Made by a program: the position numbers and the translations under genes. This document shows, piece by piece, positions 21,154 through 31,800 of a DNA stretch of 64,000 nucleotides. The DNA comes from a virus (Duplodnaviria > Caudoviricetes): the IMG/VR virus record IMGVR_UViG_2936413993_000002, positions 1-64,000 of that record; one strand, 5' to 3'. A model generated the notes under the pieces. It made no database searches, was not told the origin of the DNA, and was given only the letters and a program-made list of their open reading frames with translations. Each line of letters begins with the position of its first letter. Within the stretch, counting starts at the first letter, position 1.

Positions 21154-24100
21154 TTATATATTTCCACCTAATTTTCTTACTCCGTTAACAAATGTATTTA
21201 ATAATGTTTTAGCACCGTTTTGATCACCAGTCACCTTTAAGTCCCCAAATGTTACATGGTAATGATTATCTCCTCCAGTAGATATAGAAGGGGAAAGGGA
21301 GGGGGCATTAGGTCTTTTAAAACTTGTCTGTAAATTCAGCGCTGCGTTACCTAAAACTTTTCCCAACTCTAAACTTTTCAACGAATTCGCTAAAGTTTTT
21401 GACTCTTCTATAGTCGATAAGAAATTTTCAGTGTCATTTTCTTTCAAAATAATTTCTTTCTTATCCAAGTAGGCTAAACCTTCAGAATCACCAGTATATC
21501 CGCCGGTATTAAATTTCTGAATTTTGATAGGCTTATAATCTTTACCGTTTAGATATCGATTGGCTTGGTTGATTAAATCAATAAGGTTATTAGATATAGC
21601 TTTTCCCATGATATTAGAATTAGCTTTAATATTACTGAAATACTTATTCAAATCCTTTTGAATCTGACTAGCATTTCCATTGATAATGTCAGAGCGCATT
21701 TTAGCAAACTTACGTTCATCATTTACAAGATTATCAAATTCTTCTTGGATAGAATCCTTTTGAGTATTTAGATTATCGATTCTAAGCTGTTTTTCTCTGT
21801 CGGATTGCATGTCATCTAGCACTTCATCCATATCTGCTAATTGATCTTGTAACTCTTTAACCTTAGCAATACCTGCAAATGAGTCATCTAATGAATATTT
21901 AGCTATGTCATCTAATAACTTTTGTCGCTCACTTTGTTTTTTAGCTAAGTCTTTTGTGTATGATTCATCGTCATCTTTCTTATTGATAGCATCAATCATT
22001 TTATCAATTGTCTTAAGACGAGTGTCTTTAATTGATTCCGCAGCTTGTTTGTAAGTATCAACAATGGTATCTACCATTTGCTTACGTTGGTCTAATAGCT
22101 GAGTCTCAAGAGAAATCATATCTTGAGTACGTTGAAGTAAATCATCTGATAATTGAGCTTTCTGCGCTTCGGTTAAAGCTTTATTGTTTTTAATTTGCTC
22201 TTTCAGATATTTTATAGCTTCTTGCTCATAACCAAACTGTTTACGAAGTAGCTTTTCTTTCTTTAATTGCGCATCCGTCCACTTATTAGAAGACTCTGTT
22301 TCATAACTTTGAACAAGGTCAATTTGAGCCAAGTCGTCTTCGAGTACAGCTTTTTTGTAGTCGATGCCAGCAAGAACAGAGTTAACTAGCTCCATATTAA
22401 GATCATTGATTTGTTGCTGTATCTGTAATGCTTCTTCTTGCATACTCAATACGTCAGACTTAGCTTGGTCAATAGCTTGTATTTTATCTGCTATTGCACT
22501 TGATGTATCTGCACTAGCTGAGCCAGTAGGGGTAGTACCAGCATATTTCGTATATATACTGTTGGCATACTTTTGACGATTACCTAGAGCATCACCACCT
22601 GAACGTTCAAACGCTTTTTCGAATAGAAGGGCAGCATCGTTAACTCCCATATTCATGAAAGCATTCATACCACCATTTTTATTAATGATGGACTTTGTTG
22701 TAGGGTCTGCACCGTTTAATTCTTTCCATAACCATTCAAGTTGAGTGTTAAGGTTAGTATAGCTAGTACCTTGAGATCCAGCAAAGTTTTTAAGTCCACT
22801 TAAACGCCCACCTAACCATTGAGCGATACCAGTAGCACCTGATGACCTATTAACAGCAGTGGTTGAAAAACCAGATTCTTGACGTAAATTTCCCATAATA
22901 CCAGCAGTTGCAGAATCAGAGAAACCTTTAGACTTAAAGAAATTCCAAACAGACGCTTCAGTACTTCCTCCACTTGCATAGTTGGAAGTAGAAGGGGAAG
23001 TGGAACTTATAGTTGTCTTAGTACCTTTAGCAACTATATTTCCTGATTTAATTTGCTTGTTAAGGCTATTAACTTCAGTATTCATTAACTTCAATTGCTG
23101 TTCTTTAAGTTTGATTTCCTGTTTAATTGCATCCTGGTATTTCTTAGAACGCTGTGGATATTCACTTTTAATTTTATCCACTTTAGCTAAAGCAAGACCT
23201 AACTCTTCCATTTTTTGCTTATATTTATCAGTTGTATATGTAGATTTTTCGTTAGCTTTGCTTGTTTTATCAGAGGAAGATTCTGCAGATGTGCCAACTT
23301 CAGTTAATCCTTGAGATACTAATCCAGAAAGTGAATCGATTTGATCATATAAATCAATTACATCTTGAATTGAATTGTATGCACCAACCATGTCGTTCAC
23401 GAATGTATCATCTGGACTAGGTAGCCCGCCCATTGCATACATTTCTAAACGTTTTTTATTTTCTTCTGATTGAAGATCCGCTAAACGTTTCTTTGCATCT
23501 TGTAATGATTGGATAGCCTTAATTTCGATGCCATAATTTTTAAGTTTTGACAGTGTAGCATTTGCAGTATTTTGCGCTTCTGCTATAACTGATTTTTCCA
23601 TATCTTTATAAGATTTTAATTTAGCGTCACGAAGTTTTAATACCGCTTCTTTATTGATGGATACCTGTCCGTTTTCAATTTTGATAGCATCGGTGAGCGA
23701 TTTTTCCTTATTCATTAGGTTTATCGCTTCGTTAGCAGATATAGATTTACCGTTAGCCATTTTCTCTAAAACTTCATTTAAAGGCGAAATTTCATTTGAA
23801 AGTGCTTCATACCCATCTTTTAATGCAACATTGACAGCGGCTTGATAATCTCCAGCTTGAGCCATTTCGATGATAATGTCTTTTATGGCTTCAAAGTCAC
23901 CTTTAGCATCTTGGAGTCTGGATGATAAATCTTTGTATTCACCCGAAACTTCCCCGACAACTTCACCATTCTCATCCCAAATTACTTTCTGACCTTTAGC
24001 TGCATCTGAAACTCCATTTATACTATCTTTAACTTGTTGGAAGGATAATTCTAGATTTCTTGATCCGCCTTCAGCAACATTATAAGAAGTAAGAAGATCA

Positions 24101-25352
24101 TCTAAATCAGCTTTAGCAATCTTATAGGCATTCTCATCATTATTTGTTACAGCATTTTGCATTTTCTTCATAGCAGAAGATACGTTGGTTGCAAAAGTAT
24201 TCAGTTCTTCAGCAGATGCACCAGAAACATCAAGTGAGCTAATAACACTGTTTACTTTAGCAGTAATAGAAGTGTCAATAGTTATGTCAGTAAAATAAGA
24301 GTCTACAGTTTTCTGCAACTCTTCACGTAATTTCATTTGTTGCTCATTGTATTGACGTTTTAATTCAGTAATTTCAATTTCGATTTTCTTTTTATCCGCA
24401 TCTGAGTATTTAATACCACTGACTCCAGCTTTATGATCAAGAACTCGATTCTTTTTATCAATTTTATTGTCTATTTTATCTGCTGATTTCAATGCGGATT
24501 GGATATTGTCTTGAGCTTCAAGTTGTTGTAGTTCTTTCTTTTGACGAACAAGTTCTTTAGTATACTCAATTTCTTGTTTAAGTGCATCTCCAACTTTTAA
24601 GACAGCATTTCCTTGTGAGTCATAATGATCAACAAGAGAAGGGAGGAGACCCGCAAGTTGTTGTGATACTTGTAAATACTCTTTTTCTTTATCGCTATTA
24701 AAATTGCCCGAGTGTTTAGCTTCAGTTAATTCTTGATATTTCTTTAATAATTCATCAGTTGCTTGTTTATTAGCTGTTAATGACTCAACCGTTGTATTCT
24801 GAATTTGTTCATATTCTTGTTGTTTTTGTTTAGCTTCGGCAAAGTGGTTTGTTATTTTTTCGATAGCAAAACCTAAAACAGTTAATATAGCACCTACGCC
24901 AGTAGCCACCATTAAACCACGTAATGCTGTTTTAAATACAGCAGTAGCTATAGCTGCTCTTGACATACCAGCTTCCAAACCAAATAAAGAAGTTGCAGTA
25001 CCAGCTAGAGATACATTTCCAGTAAGAAGGGCAGTAGACATTCCTCGAACATTCTTACTTAGTAATACTGTTGCGACACCAGCAGTTCCCATTACAATAG
25101 GTAATACTCCAATTACATCTATTACATCGCCAGTAGTTTTTAGAAAGTCACCAAATTCTTCAGTAGCCACAATTAAAGTATCAGATATTAGTGCATCTCC
25201 AGCACTTACTGCCAAAGATGTAAATGCGTTAGAAAGGCGGTTAATACGAGCTTGTAGAGATTCTGAATATTTTTCTTGTTCACGCATTGCCGAGCCAAAA
25301 CTATTAGCCGCTGTTTCAGATGCTTCTTGCGCTATCGAGTAGTTGTTCATCA
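21154..25352 (-). CDS. Tape measure protein, exon 4 (contains a phage tail lysozyme domain)
   Basis: Long helical protein with 'VWNFFKSKGFSDSATAGIMGNLRQESGF...GIAQWLGGR' lysozyme; continues exon 3 in frame after intron removal. Confidence 0.9.
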
Positions 25353-25662
25353 CGTTAATTCATATATTTCTATATGCACAGACTATATCATCATCTTAAT
25401 AAGATGTTCGGCACTTCGAACGGTAGCTCATTACCCGTCCTACAATTAGTCGTTGCACTTTTCCTCCCATAAAAGAAATAGGGGACTTAGCACAGGATTG
25501 CCATATTCAATATAAATAAGATATATTGAACTTAGGTTTCCCTGTTAGCAAATTCATTAGCAATCATTTCCTATTGTTACTAAACGTTGAATTTACACCT
25601 CTGAGCAATAGAGTTCACCGAATTTTACATATATTATCACTAATATACGGCACTGTATTCCA
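25353..25662 (-). ncRNA. Group I intron 3 of the tape measure gene (310 nt, no ORF)
   Basis: Exon ends in U (GCAU); P1 GCAU|UG-GAAUA-CAGUGC with U.G pair; P7 elements GCAACGACUA and GAUAUAGUCUG; terminal G; splicing gives RFNALMNNYS. Confidence 0.9.
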
Positions 25663-25885
25663 ATGCATTAAACCTCGATAGTTGATACATGCCAGCACCT
25701 TTTACACCCACATTTTGTTTTTCAGCATCAGATAGGGTGTTCCATTTAGCCGCAATCTCATCTAAAATTTGACCAGTTGGCTTTAGTTTTCCATTAGCAT
25801 CATTTATTGAAATACCAATATCATTTAATGCACCAATTGCTTGAGAATTATTTGTTAATCTAGCGAAAATAGTTTTTAAAGAGTT
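25663..25885 (-). CDS. Tape measure protein, exon 3
   Basis: NSLKTIFARL...YQLSRFNA, conserved TP901-type tape measure core. Confidence 0.9.
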
Positions 25886-26122
25886 CACTCTGTTACTTTC
25901 ACCAATAAAGGTTACTGACCATAGTTAATTATATGGCGGTAAGGCACTTCAACCTTACTCTCTATGTCTCCATAGAAGTTCAGACTATCGCTTCATTCTA
26001 TTAAGAATGTCTCTTCACTTAGTCGTTCACGCTGCAATTACGCTTGCGCCCTGTCTCCCTCGTCTAAACGTTAGGGGTTCCAAGTCAATCAGAAGAGATT
26101 TAATGTCAGCAATTCGACATTT
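25886..26122 (-). ncRNA. Group I intron 2 of the tape measure gene (237 nt, no ORF)
   Basis: Exon UGUCGGU pairs with guide GCUGACA (U.G at the splice site); P7 elements GAACGACUA and CGAUAGUCUG; terminal G; splicing gives GNIVG-NSLK. Confidence 0.88.
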
Positions 26123-26258
26123 ACCGACAATATTTCCGCTTTCTCTTGTAGTACTTGCAATGGCTGTTGTGTAACCAATTAAATCATTTAATTCTACATT
26201 GAAAGTAGATGCAGTACTACCTGCTTTACGAATAGAATTTGCTAAATCTAATGTTGTT
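26123..26258 (-). CDS. Tape measure protein, exon 2 (absent from the ORF track)
   Basis: Translates as TTLDLANSIRKAGSTASTFNVELNDLIGYTTAIASTTRESGNIVG. Confidence 0.9.
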
Positions 26259-26569
26259 CAATTATACCCTGTGTTTCCACATATTTAAAAGGGGTTAGAC
26301 TATATCTTGTAGTCAATGACTACGTTGGCACTTCCTATAAAGGAATTTCACCTTTACAGTACAATCCTCATCTCCATATCATTTGACGTAGGAGGTACGA
26401 ATTAGTCGTTACACCTTCAAGAAAGTTTCCCTTCAAGCTTGGCACGGTATTACCATATCCCTATGGACTTAGGCTTCCACCGTTAGCATTCGCTAGAACA
26501 CACCCTGCATTTACAGGTTCACCAACTTCTTATAGTATGTCGCCATACTAAGCAGCACAACAGAAGTTT
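26259..26569 (-). ncRNA. Group I intron 1 of the tape measure gene (311 nt, no ORF)
   Basis: Exon GCAGU pairs with guide GCUGC; P10 UGUUGU pairs with 3' exon ACAACA; P7 elements AACGACUA and AGAUAUAGUCU; terminal G; splicing gives DNNYAV-TTLDL. Confidence 0.92.
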
Positions 26570-27975
26570 ACTGCGTAATTGTTATCAACTTCATTTAATT
26601 TATCAGCTATCTGAGCAGAATCTTCCGCAGCTATATTGAAATTGAGCATTGCTGCAGTAAGAGTATTAACAGTATCATCTGGAGTTAAATCCGAGACATT
26701 CTGTAGGATTTGAGCAGTGCGTGATACAGCAGTCAACTGATTTTCATCATATCCCATTCGACCAAAGCCGCCATACATATCAAGGATGTCACCGATTTTA
26801 TTCGAGAGTTGATCACCTAGAGCAATAGATTCCTTCATTAAATCATTAAATTTATAGTCTGGTAAATCCATCACTCTTCGTAAATTGGTCATTTTTGTAT
26901 CAAGTTCAACCACTTGATTTGTCATGTCTTTAATAGTATTAACAAATCCATAAAATGCCCCATATGTAAGCATTCCAACCGAAATAAAGCTAAATGCCGA
27001 TTGCACTCTTTCGCCAAATGTTCTAGCTTGAGCACCTGCATTTCTTGCTTCTGAGGTTATTTCATTAAACCTTAAAGACATTTCACGCAATCTTTGATTC
27101 AATTGAGGAGTTCTAGCTGTTAATGAGTTTATTGACTGTAAGTAAGCATTCAACTGAGCCGTTTGCGTTGAGTTTAAATTAGAATTAGCTTTAAAGTTAT
27201 TTACTTTTAATTCAGCTTCACGTTGAGCAAGTATTAACTTATTTTGCATTTCTCTAACTTTATTAACATTATCAATGTTTTGTTTAAGTCTATTTAATTG
27301 TTCAATATTCTTAGCACTATTAACTGCATTATTTAATCTAGATAAACTATCAGAAGATATTTTACCTTCACTGTTTAAAAGTCTAAGGGTATCTCTTAAT
27401 TTATTTTTACTATTTATTAATGTTTCAGTTGCTTTTCTTTCTTGGTCTAGGTTCTGTACAGTTTTAACAGAGGTAACATCACCATTGACATTAGAATTTA
27501 CAGTTGTATTTGTGAATCCATTCTTAAATTGATTAGAAGTAGAAGTACCATTATTAGTCTGAGTAGTAACTTGTTTTTGTTTCTGACCAAGTTTATCATA
27601 CGCTACTTGTAATTTATTTGTATTTTCAATTTCCTTTTGAGTAGCTTTATTCTTATTATTAATACGAGTTATTTCTTTTTGAATAATTTCTCCACTTTTT
27701 AACTGTTGAGAAATCCTTTCTTTTGTAACGCCATTTACATCTTTAGTAATTGTTTTTTCTTCTTTAAGAACTCTATTCAATTGAGAAGAGATATTCTTAT
27801 AGTTTTCCATAGCTTTAGCATAATCTGTAAGAGACTTTGCTACTTTATCATCAAGCTGGATATTTAGTTTAATCTTTGATAAATCTTTTTCTATTTTGGA
27901 TATTACTTTATTTACTTCGGTAATAGTAGCTTTAGAATTCAAAGTACCTATAATTCTAAGTTTTAAATCTGACAT
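26570..27975 (-). CDS. Tape measure protein (YomI/CwlP-like), exon 1; spliced CDS is 5964 nt / 1987 aa
   Basis: AAAGGAG RBS; 'LDTKMTNLRRVMD...ADKLNEVDNNYAV' tape measure core; exon lengths 1406+136+223+4199 sum to a multiple of 3. Confidence 0.9.
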
Positions 27976-28039
27976 TAAGACATCTCCTTTCTAAAAAAGT
28001 GCATAAAAAAAGAGATGCTCTTATCAGAACATCTCAAAA

Positions 28040-28843
28040 TTAATTGCTATAATTTACAACTTCAATTTTATACTTTGTATATTTCTCTCCGATCATTTCA
28101 ACCATAGTATCAAAACTCTTTTGTTCATTTGGTAGTAATGCATCAGAACTGTTTACATAAGTTGTTTTCGTATCTTGAATATCTCCATTTTCATTATAAA
28201 ACGATACTTTTACTTCAATATAGGAGAGAGGGGAAGAAGTATTATTCTTAACTGTTCCTATGACTGAAATAAAATTACCACTATATTTAGCGTTATGTTT
28301 CTCAATACTTACTTTAGAAGTACCTGATTTCTTTGACTTATCACTAGATGAATTTAAAGTTATAGTTTTATTGCCCCCAGTACCGATAACTTCCATAGCT
28401 AAATCATCGGCAGATTGATCATACTCATAGGGGATTACGTAAGAAACAAGGTCATCATTTTCATCTCTACCCATTACAAATATGTCTTGTATGGAACAAT
28501 ATTTGTTCCTCCCGCATTCGACAAGTGAACTAGTCCCGGTTGTTTCATCTATCTGTTTCGAAATACTCTCCATCGCCAACAATTTCTCATCATCTGACAT
28601 TTCTATAAACTTAGAAGATGGGTATGCGGCTATTTGATAAGGATAAGATTTCTTTCCTTCGAGTGAAAACACTTTAGCATCATCATCTTTAGTTATGTCC
28701 ACTGATGATATATATTCATTTTCTAAGAGTTTGCTTTCAAGATATCTTAGTTTCGTCTCATCTAATCTATTTATATACAAGAATAAAGAAACTGAAATAA
28801 TTAAAATTATACCAATAAATAATGATATTTTCTTTTTACTCAC
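28040..28843 (-). CDS. Membrane-anchored protein with C-terminal FxLYD-like domain (moron)
   Basis: N-terminal TM; 'GTVKNNT..LSYIEVKVSFYNENG...LLPNEQKSF'. Confidence 0.7.
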   Translation of the reverse strand: MSKKKISLFIGIILIISVSLFLYINRLDETKLRYLESKLLENEYISSVDITKDDDAKVFSLEGKKSYPYQIAAYPSSKFIEMSDDEKLLAMESISKQIDETTGTSSLVECGRNKYCSIQDIFVMGRDENDDLVSYVIPYEYDQSADDLAMEVIGTGGNKTITLNSSSDKSKKSGTSKVSIEKHNAKYSGNFISVIGTVKNNTSSPLSYIEVKVSFYNENGDIQDTKTTYVNSSDALLPNEQKSFDTMVEMIGEKYTKYKIEVVNYSN

Positions 28844-28921
28844 TCATGTCTCACCCTCACAAATATAGTTACTTCCATAATATCACATCACATGAAAATT
28901 GTAACTATGGTGAAGGGGAGA

Positions 28922-29068
28922 GATCAATAAAAAAGACCCCACCATTTAAGGTAAAGGTCTTTTTTATTGATCGATCACTAAGAAAAATCTACTTGAATAT
29001 TTCCTTAATTAGATTTTTCTTCTCTAATTCAACTCACTAGAGGTATAGTACCTCTCTCAAAACTATCT
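28922..29068 (-). ncRNA. Candidate ~140-nt small RNA downstream of the PemK-like toxin (two hairpin units plus terminator)
   Basis: Own TTGACA-17-TATTAT promoter; hairpins at 29039-29055 and 28980-29021; terminator palindrome 28922-28972; no ORF with an ATG start. Confidence 0.6.
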
Positions 29069-29074
29069 AATCTA

Positions 29075-29103
29075 ATAATAACGGTAGTAAGTTTTATTGT
29101 CAA
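29075..29103 (-). promoter_or_regulatory. Near-consensus sigma-A promoter for the candidate small RNA
   Basis: TTGACA (29103-29098), 17 bp, TATTAT (29080-29075). Confidence 0.7.
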
Positions 29104-29112
29104 CTCATATGT

Positions 29113-29673
29113 TTAAATTTTTATTCCTGATTTTTTCATCGCTTCATTAATCGCATCCATATATTTCCCTTGCAATCTCCCTGTTCTTGAAGTGAAATCC
29201 AATCTCATCTTACTCACACAAACAATCCTTAATACATTCGCCCATCTTGGTATTGCAGCTAGATCATATACAAATGGAATATCTACGCAATATGGTTTTC
29301 CTTTTTTATCAAGAGGAATTTTCCCACTTGATAAAGGTAACACAAAAACACTGTCCCCAGTTTCCTTTAATATTACCGCAGGATGATGTCCGCCGAATTC
29401 TTTACCTACATTGAAACCAAAATGAACCCAATGCACATAAGATCTTTTAATCAAAGGAGCTTTATTATCTGGGATAGTAAACAAATCTTCATTTTTGATC
29501 ATTTCTGTTTTTAAAGTAGTCCATTCTAAATAATTTTTAACTTTTTTCGAAGATTCACTACCTGTCCCATATACTGACTTTTTAAAATTCGTAATTGATT
29601 GGATTGTATTATCCAGTATAATATCTATTTCATCTTTATTTACTTTGATTTCACTCAAACTCTCACCTCCCAT
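29113..29673 (-). CDS. PemK/MazF-family toxin-like endoribonuclease with N-terminal extension; no protein antitoxin gene adjacent
   Basis: 'RSYVHWVHFGFNVGKEFGGHHPAVILK...VFVLPLSS...IVCVSKMRL' MazF-fold pattern. Confidence 0.75.
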   Translation of the reverse strand: MGGESLSEIKVNKDEIDIILDNTIQSITNFKKSVYGTGSESSKKVKNYLEWTTLKTEMIKNEDLFTIPDNKAPLIKRSYVHWVHFGFNVGKEFGGHHPAVILKETGDSVFVLPLSSGKIPLDKKGKPYCVDIPFVYDLAAIPRWANVLRIVCVSKMRLDFTSRTGRLQGKYMDAINEAMKKSGIKI

Positions 29674-29769
29674 ATTTCTCTACATTTTACCATATTAAGA
29701 AAATAGCAGGGAGGAAACTATTCGAAATAAAGAACATTTTGTCAATTATTGCGGTTGCCTGGGAAATTA

Positions 29770-31236
29770 TTAAATATGAGAAACCTGAAACTGTGTATTT
29801 GCAACCATAAAATAAGGTTGAATGATTGTGTTATTTAGAACTATGCTTCCGTTAGAAGTTAAATGATAGTTAAAACTATTGTAATCATCTAAAATACCAT
29901 TTTTCAGAATATAAAATTCTATTAACTTTTCGCAGAGAAGAGAATTTTTATTTATGTCTTTTTCCCATAAATAAAGTATCTTTGTATTATACTTATTTTC
30001 AATATAATTTCTTTTTCTAGAATCTTTCTTGGCATTCTTAGCTTGCATATCATTTAAATATTCTACACTTTCGTATCTTATAGGAGAGGCATGCCAATAA
30101 TCTCCCATTATTTCTATTCCTAACTGATAATCAGGTAGATAAATATCCATTGAATAATATCCAAATACTTTTTCATTTTGATAACTAATCCCTATTGATT
30201 CTAACAAATTGTTAATTTTAACATGAATACTTGTTCCAGTGTTTTTTAAATCAGAGATTTCCATTCTTCTTTGTTGATAACAATCGAATGAGCAAAAGAA
30301 GTACTTATTCTTATTAAAAACACTTTCATGCACATACTTAATTTTTGCGCATGTATAACATTTAACTTTTACTTTTTCTTTTTTTGGATTGGGATTATGA
30401 AGTTTAAAGTATTCATTTCTACATCTCGATGAACAGAAAATTATATTTCCTCGAATTTCACTAGGATATTTATAGGTTTCTGTATTACATAGTGCACAAT
30501 AATTTTTTAATTTATTTTGTTCTCTTTTAAAGTCGCTCATTACATCTTTAAACTCATCCGTTTTCGTCCATATCAATCGACAAGCATTGGAGCAAAAATA
30601 TCTATCTTGAGATTCAATTCTGTATTTCGCTAAATAAAATTCATTTCCACAAGTATGACAATTTACAAAAGAACCTTTCATAATTGAAGTATTCGATTTA
30701 CCAATTTTATGCTTATCAGCACATCTTCTTGAACAAAAATGATTTTCACCACTATTTACTCTTGTTTTTATTCTAATAATTTCAGACGAGCAATATGTAC
30801 ATTTTAGTTGTAATCTCTCAACCCTATATCCTAAGGGACGACCTAGTTTAAATTTATCAGTACATTCTTTTGAACAAAAGACATTTTTATTTTCAATTAA
30901 ATCACTTTTTGCTCTTAATATTTTTTTGTGACAATACATACAATTTAAATCAATTTTACTATAATTCCAAGGTTTTTTTCCTATTAAATATGAATCCTGA
31001 CAATTACGTGAACAAAAATGATTTTTATTTTTAGATTTTCCACTGTAAGTAGCTATATGATTTTCTCCACAATAGTCACATATAAATTTAACTGGAGCTC
31101 TGCTAGAAAAAGGTAAATGCTCCACATTTACATGGAATTCCTTACCGTTCTCAAAACTCTTATATCCTAGATTAGTATAATAGGCTTTATTTCTATTACT
31201 CCATTTCATGACAGTAGTCTGATTAGGCACAATCAC
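29770..31236 (-). CDS. Free-standing endonuclease: about six tandem CxxC..FCSxxC zinc-binding repeats plus C-terminal Vsr/DUF559-like nuclease
   Basis: Repeated C-x2-C...FCS-x2-C; 'YSMDIYLP..LGIEIMGDYWH...KD..K...LYLWE'. Confidence 0.8.
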   Translation of the reverse strand: MIVPNQTTVMKWSNRNKAYYTNLGYKSFENGKEFHVNVEHLPFSSRAPVKFICDYCGENHIATYSGKSKNKNHFCSRNCQDSYLIGKKPWNYSKIDLNCMYCHKKILRAKSDLIENKNVFCSKECTDKFKLGRPLGYRVERLQLKCTYCSSEIIRIKTRVNSGENHFCSRRCADKHKIGKSNTSIMKGSFVNCHTCGNEFYLAKYRIESQDRYFCSNACRLIWTKTDEFKDVMSDFKREQNKLKNYCALCNTETYKYPSEIRGNIIFCSSRCRNEYFKLHNPNPKKEKVKVKCYTCAKIKYVHESVFNKNKYFFCSFDCYQQRRMEISDLKNTGTSIHVKINNLLESIGISYQNEKVFGYYSMDIYLPDYQLGIEIMGDYWHASPIRYESVEYLNDMQAKNAKKDSRKRNYIENKYNTKILYLWEKDINKNSLLCEKLIEFYILKNGILDDYNSFNYHLTSNGSIVLNNTIIQPYFMVANTQFQVSHI

Positions 31237-31416
31237 AATCCATCATCCTCCTCACAATATCTCACTCTAATAAGAAAATAGGGCAGGGGAGATGTAGAGT
31301 GAGGATTCATCATCTTTCTTCACATATGATCAGTATGCTGCACCACTGCCGAATATTAAACTTTCCATAATACCCGTGACCGTTTCTCGCTATGTAATAA
31401 CTAAAATATTTCTCTC

Positions 31417-31629
31417 TTACTCTTCAACAGTATCTAAAATTCCTTCGCCAACTATTTCACAGATATCAACTTTATGCCGCTCACCTTTGTAATCAATTCG
31501 ATACAGTTCATAACCAATGTTCAAATCAGGTGAAAATTTGTAATTAGCTTGTTCCAATACAACTTCTTCATTGTCACCGTCAATTCGCATTCCTACTAGA
31601 ACTTCAACTTTTCCCATAGCATAAGCCAT
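31417..31629 (-). CDS. Small hypothetical protein divergent from the XRE regulator
   Basis: AAGGGAG RBS; 70-aa ORF. Confidence 0.6.
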   Translation of the reverse strand: MAYAMGKVEVLVGMRIDGDNEEVVLEQANYKFSPDLNIGYELYRIDYKGERHKVDICEIVGEGILDTVEE

Positions 31630-31800
31630 TCACATCGTTCTCCCTTATATATTAAATTTGTAATTACATATTTGCAATTCTAGTTGTTAATTACATATTA
31701 CATATATGCAATTATATAGTCAAGACTTTATTGACAATTATATTACAAATGAGTAATATGTAATCATAAAGATAAAGAGTTACACGATTGGGGAGGAAAT

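Noticed and set aside
25353-26569. Group II introns, inteins or IS remnants as the inserts
   Set aside because: No GUGYG start, no RT or transposase ORF and no in-frame protein; U|...G| boundaries and P7 motifs fit group I
21154-27975. Tape measure gene as a frameshifted pseudogene or three separate genes
   Set aside because: The gaps carry group I intron hallmarks and their removal restores one exact reading frame
28822-29040. 72-aa plus-strand ORF as a protein antitoxin
   Set aside because: No RBS, runs through the terminator palindrome and overlaps the neighbouring gene antisense
31282-31350. Hammerhead ribozyme
   Set aside because: CUGAUCA sits in a hairpin loop and the three-stem core cannot be formed; kept only as a structured leader
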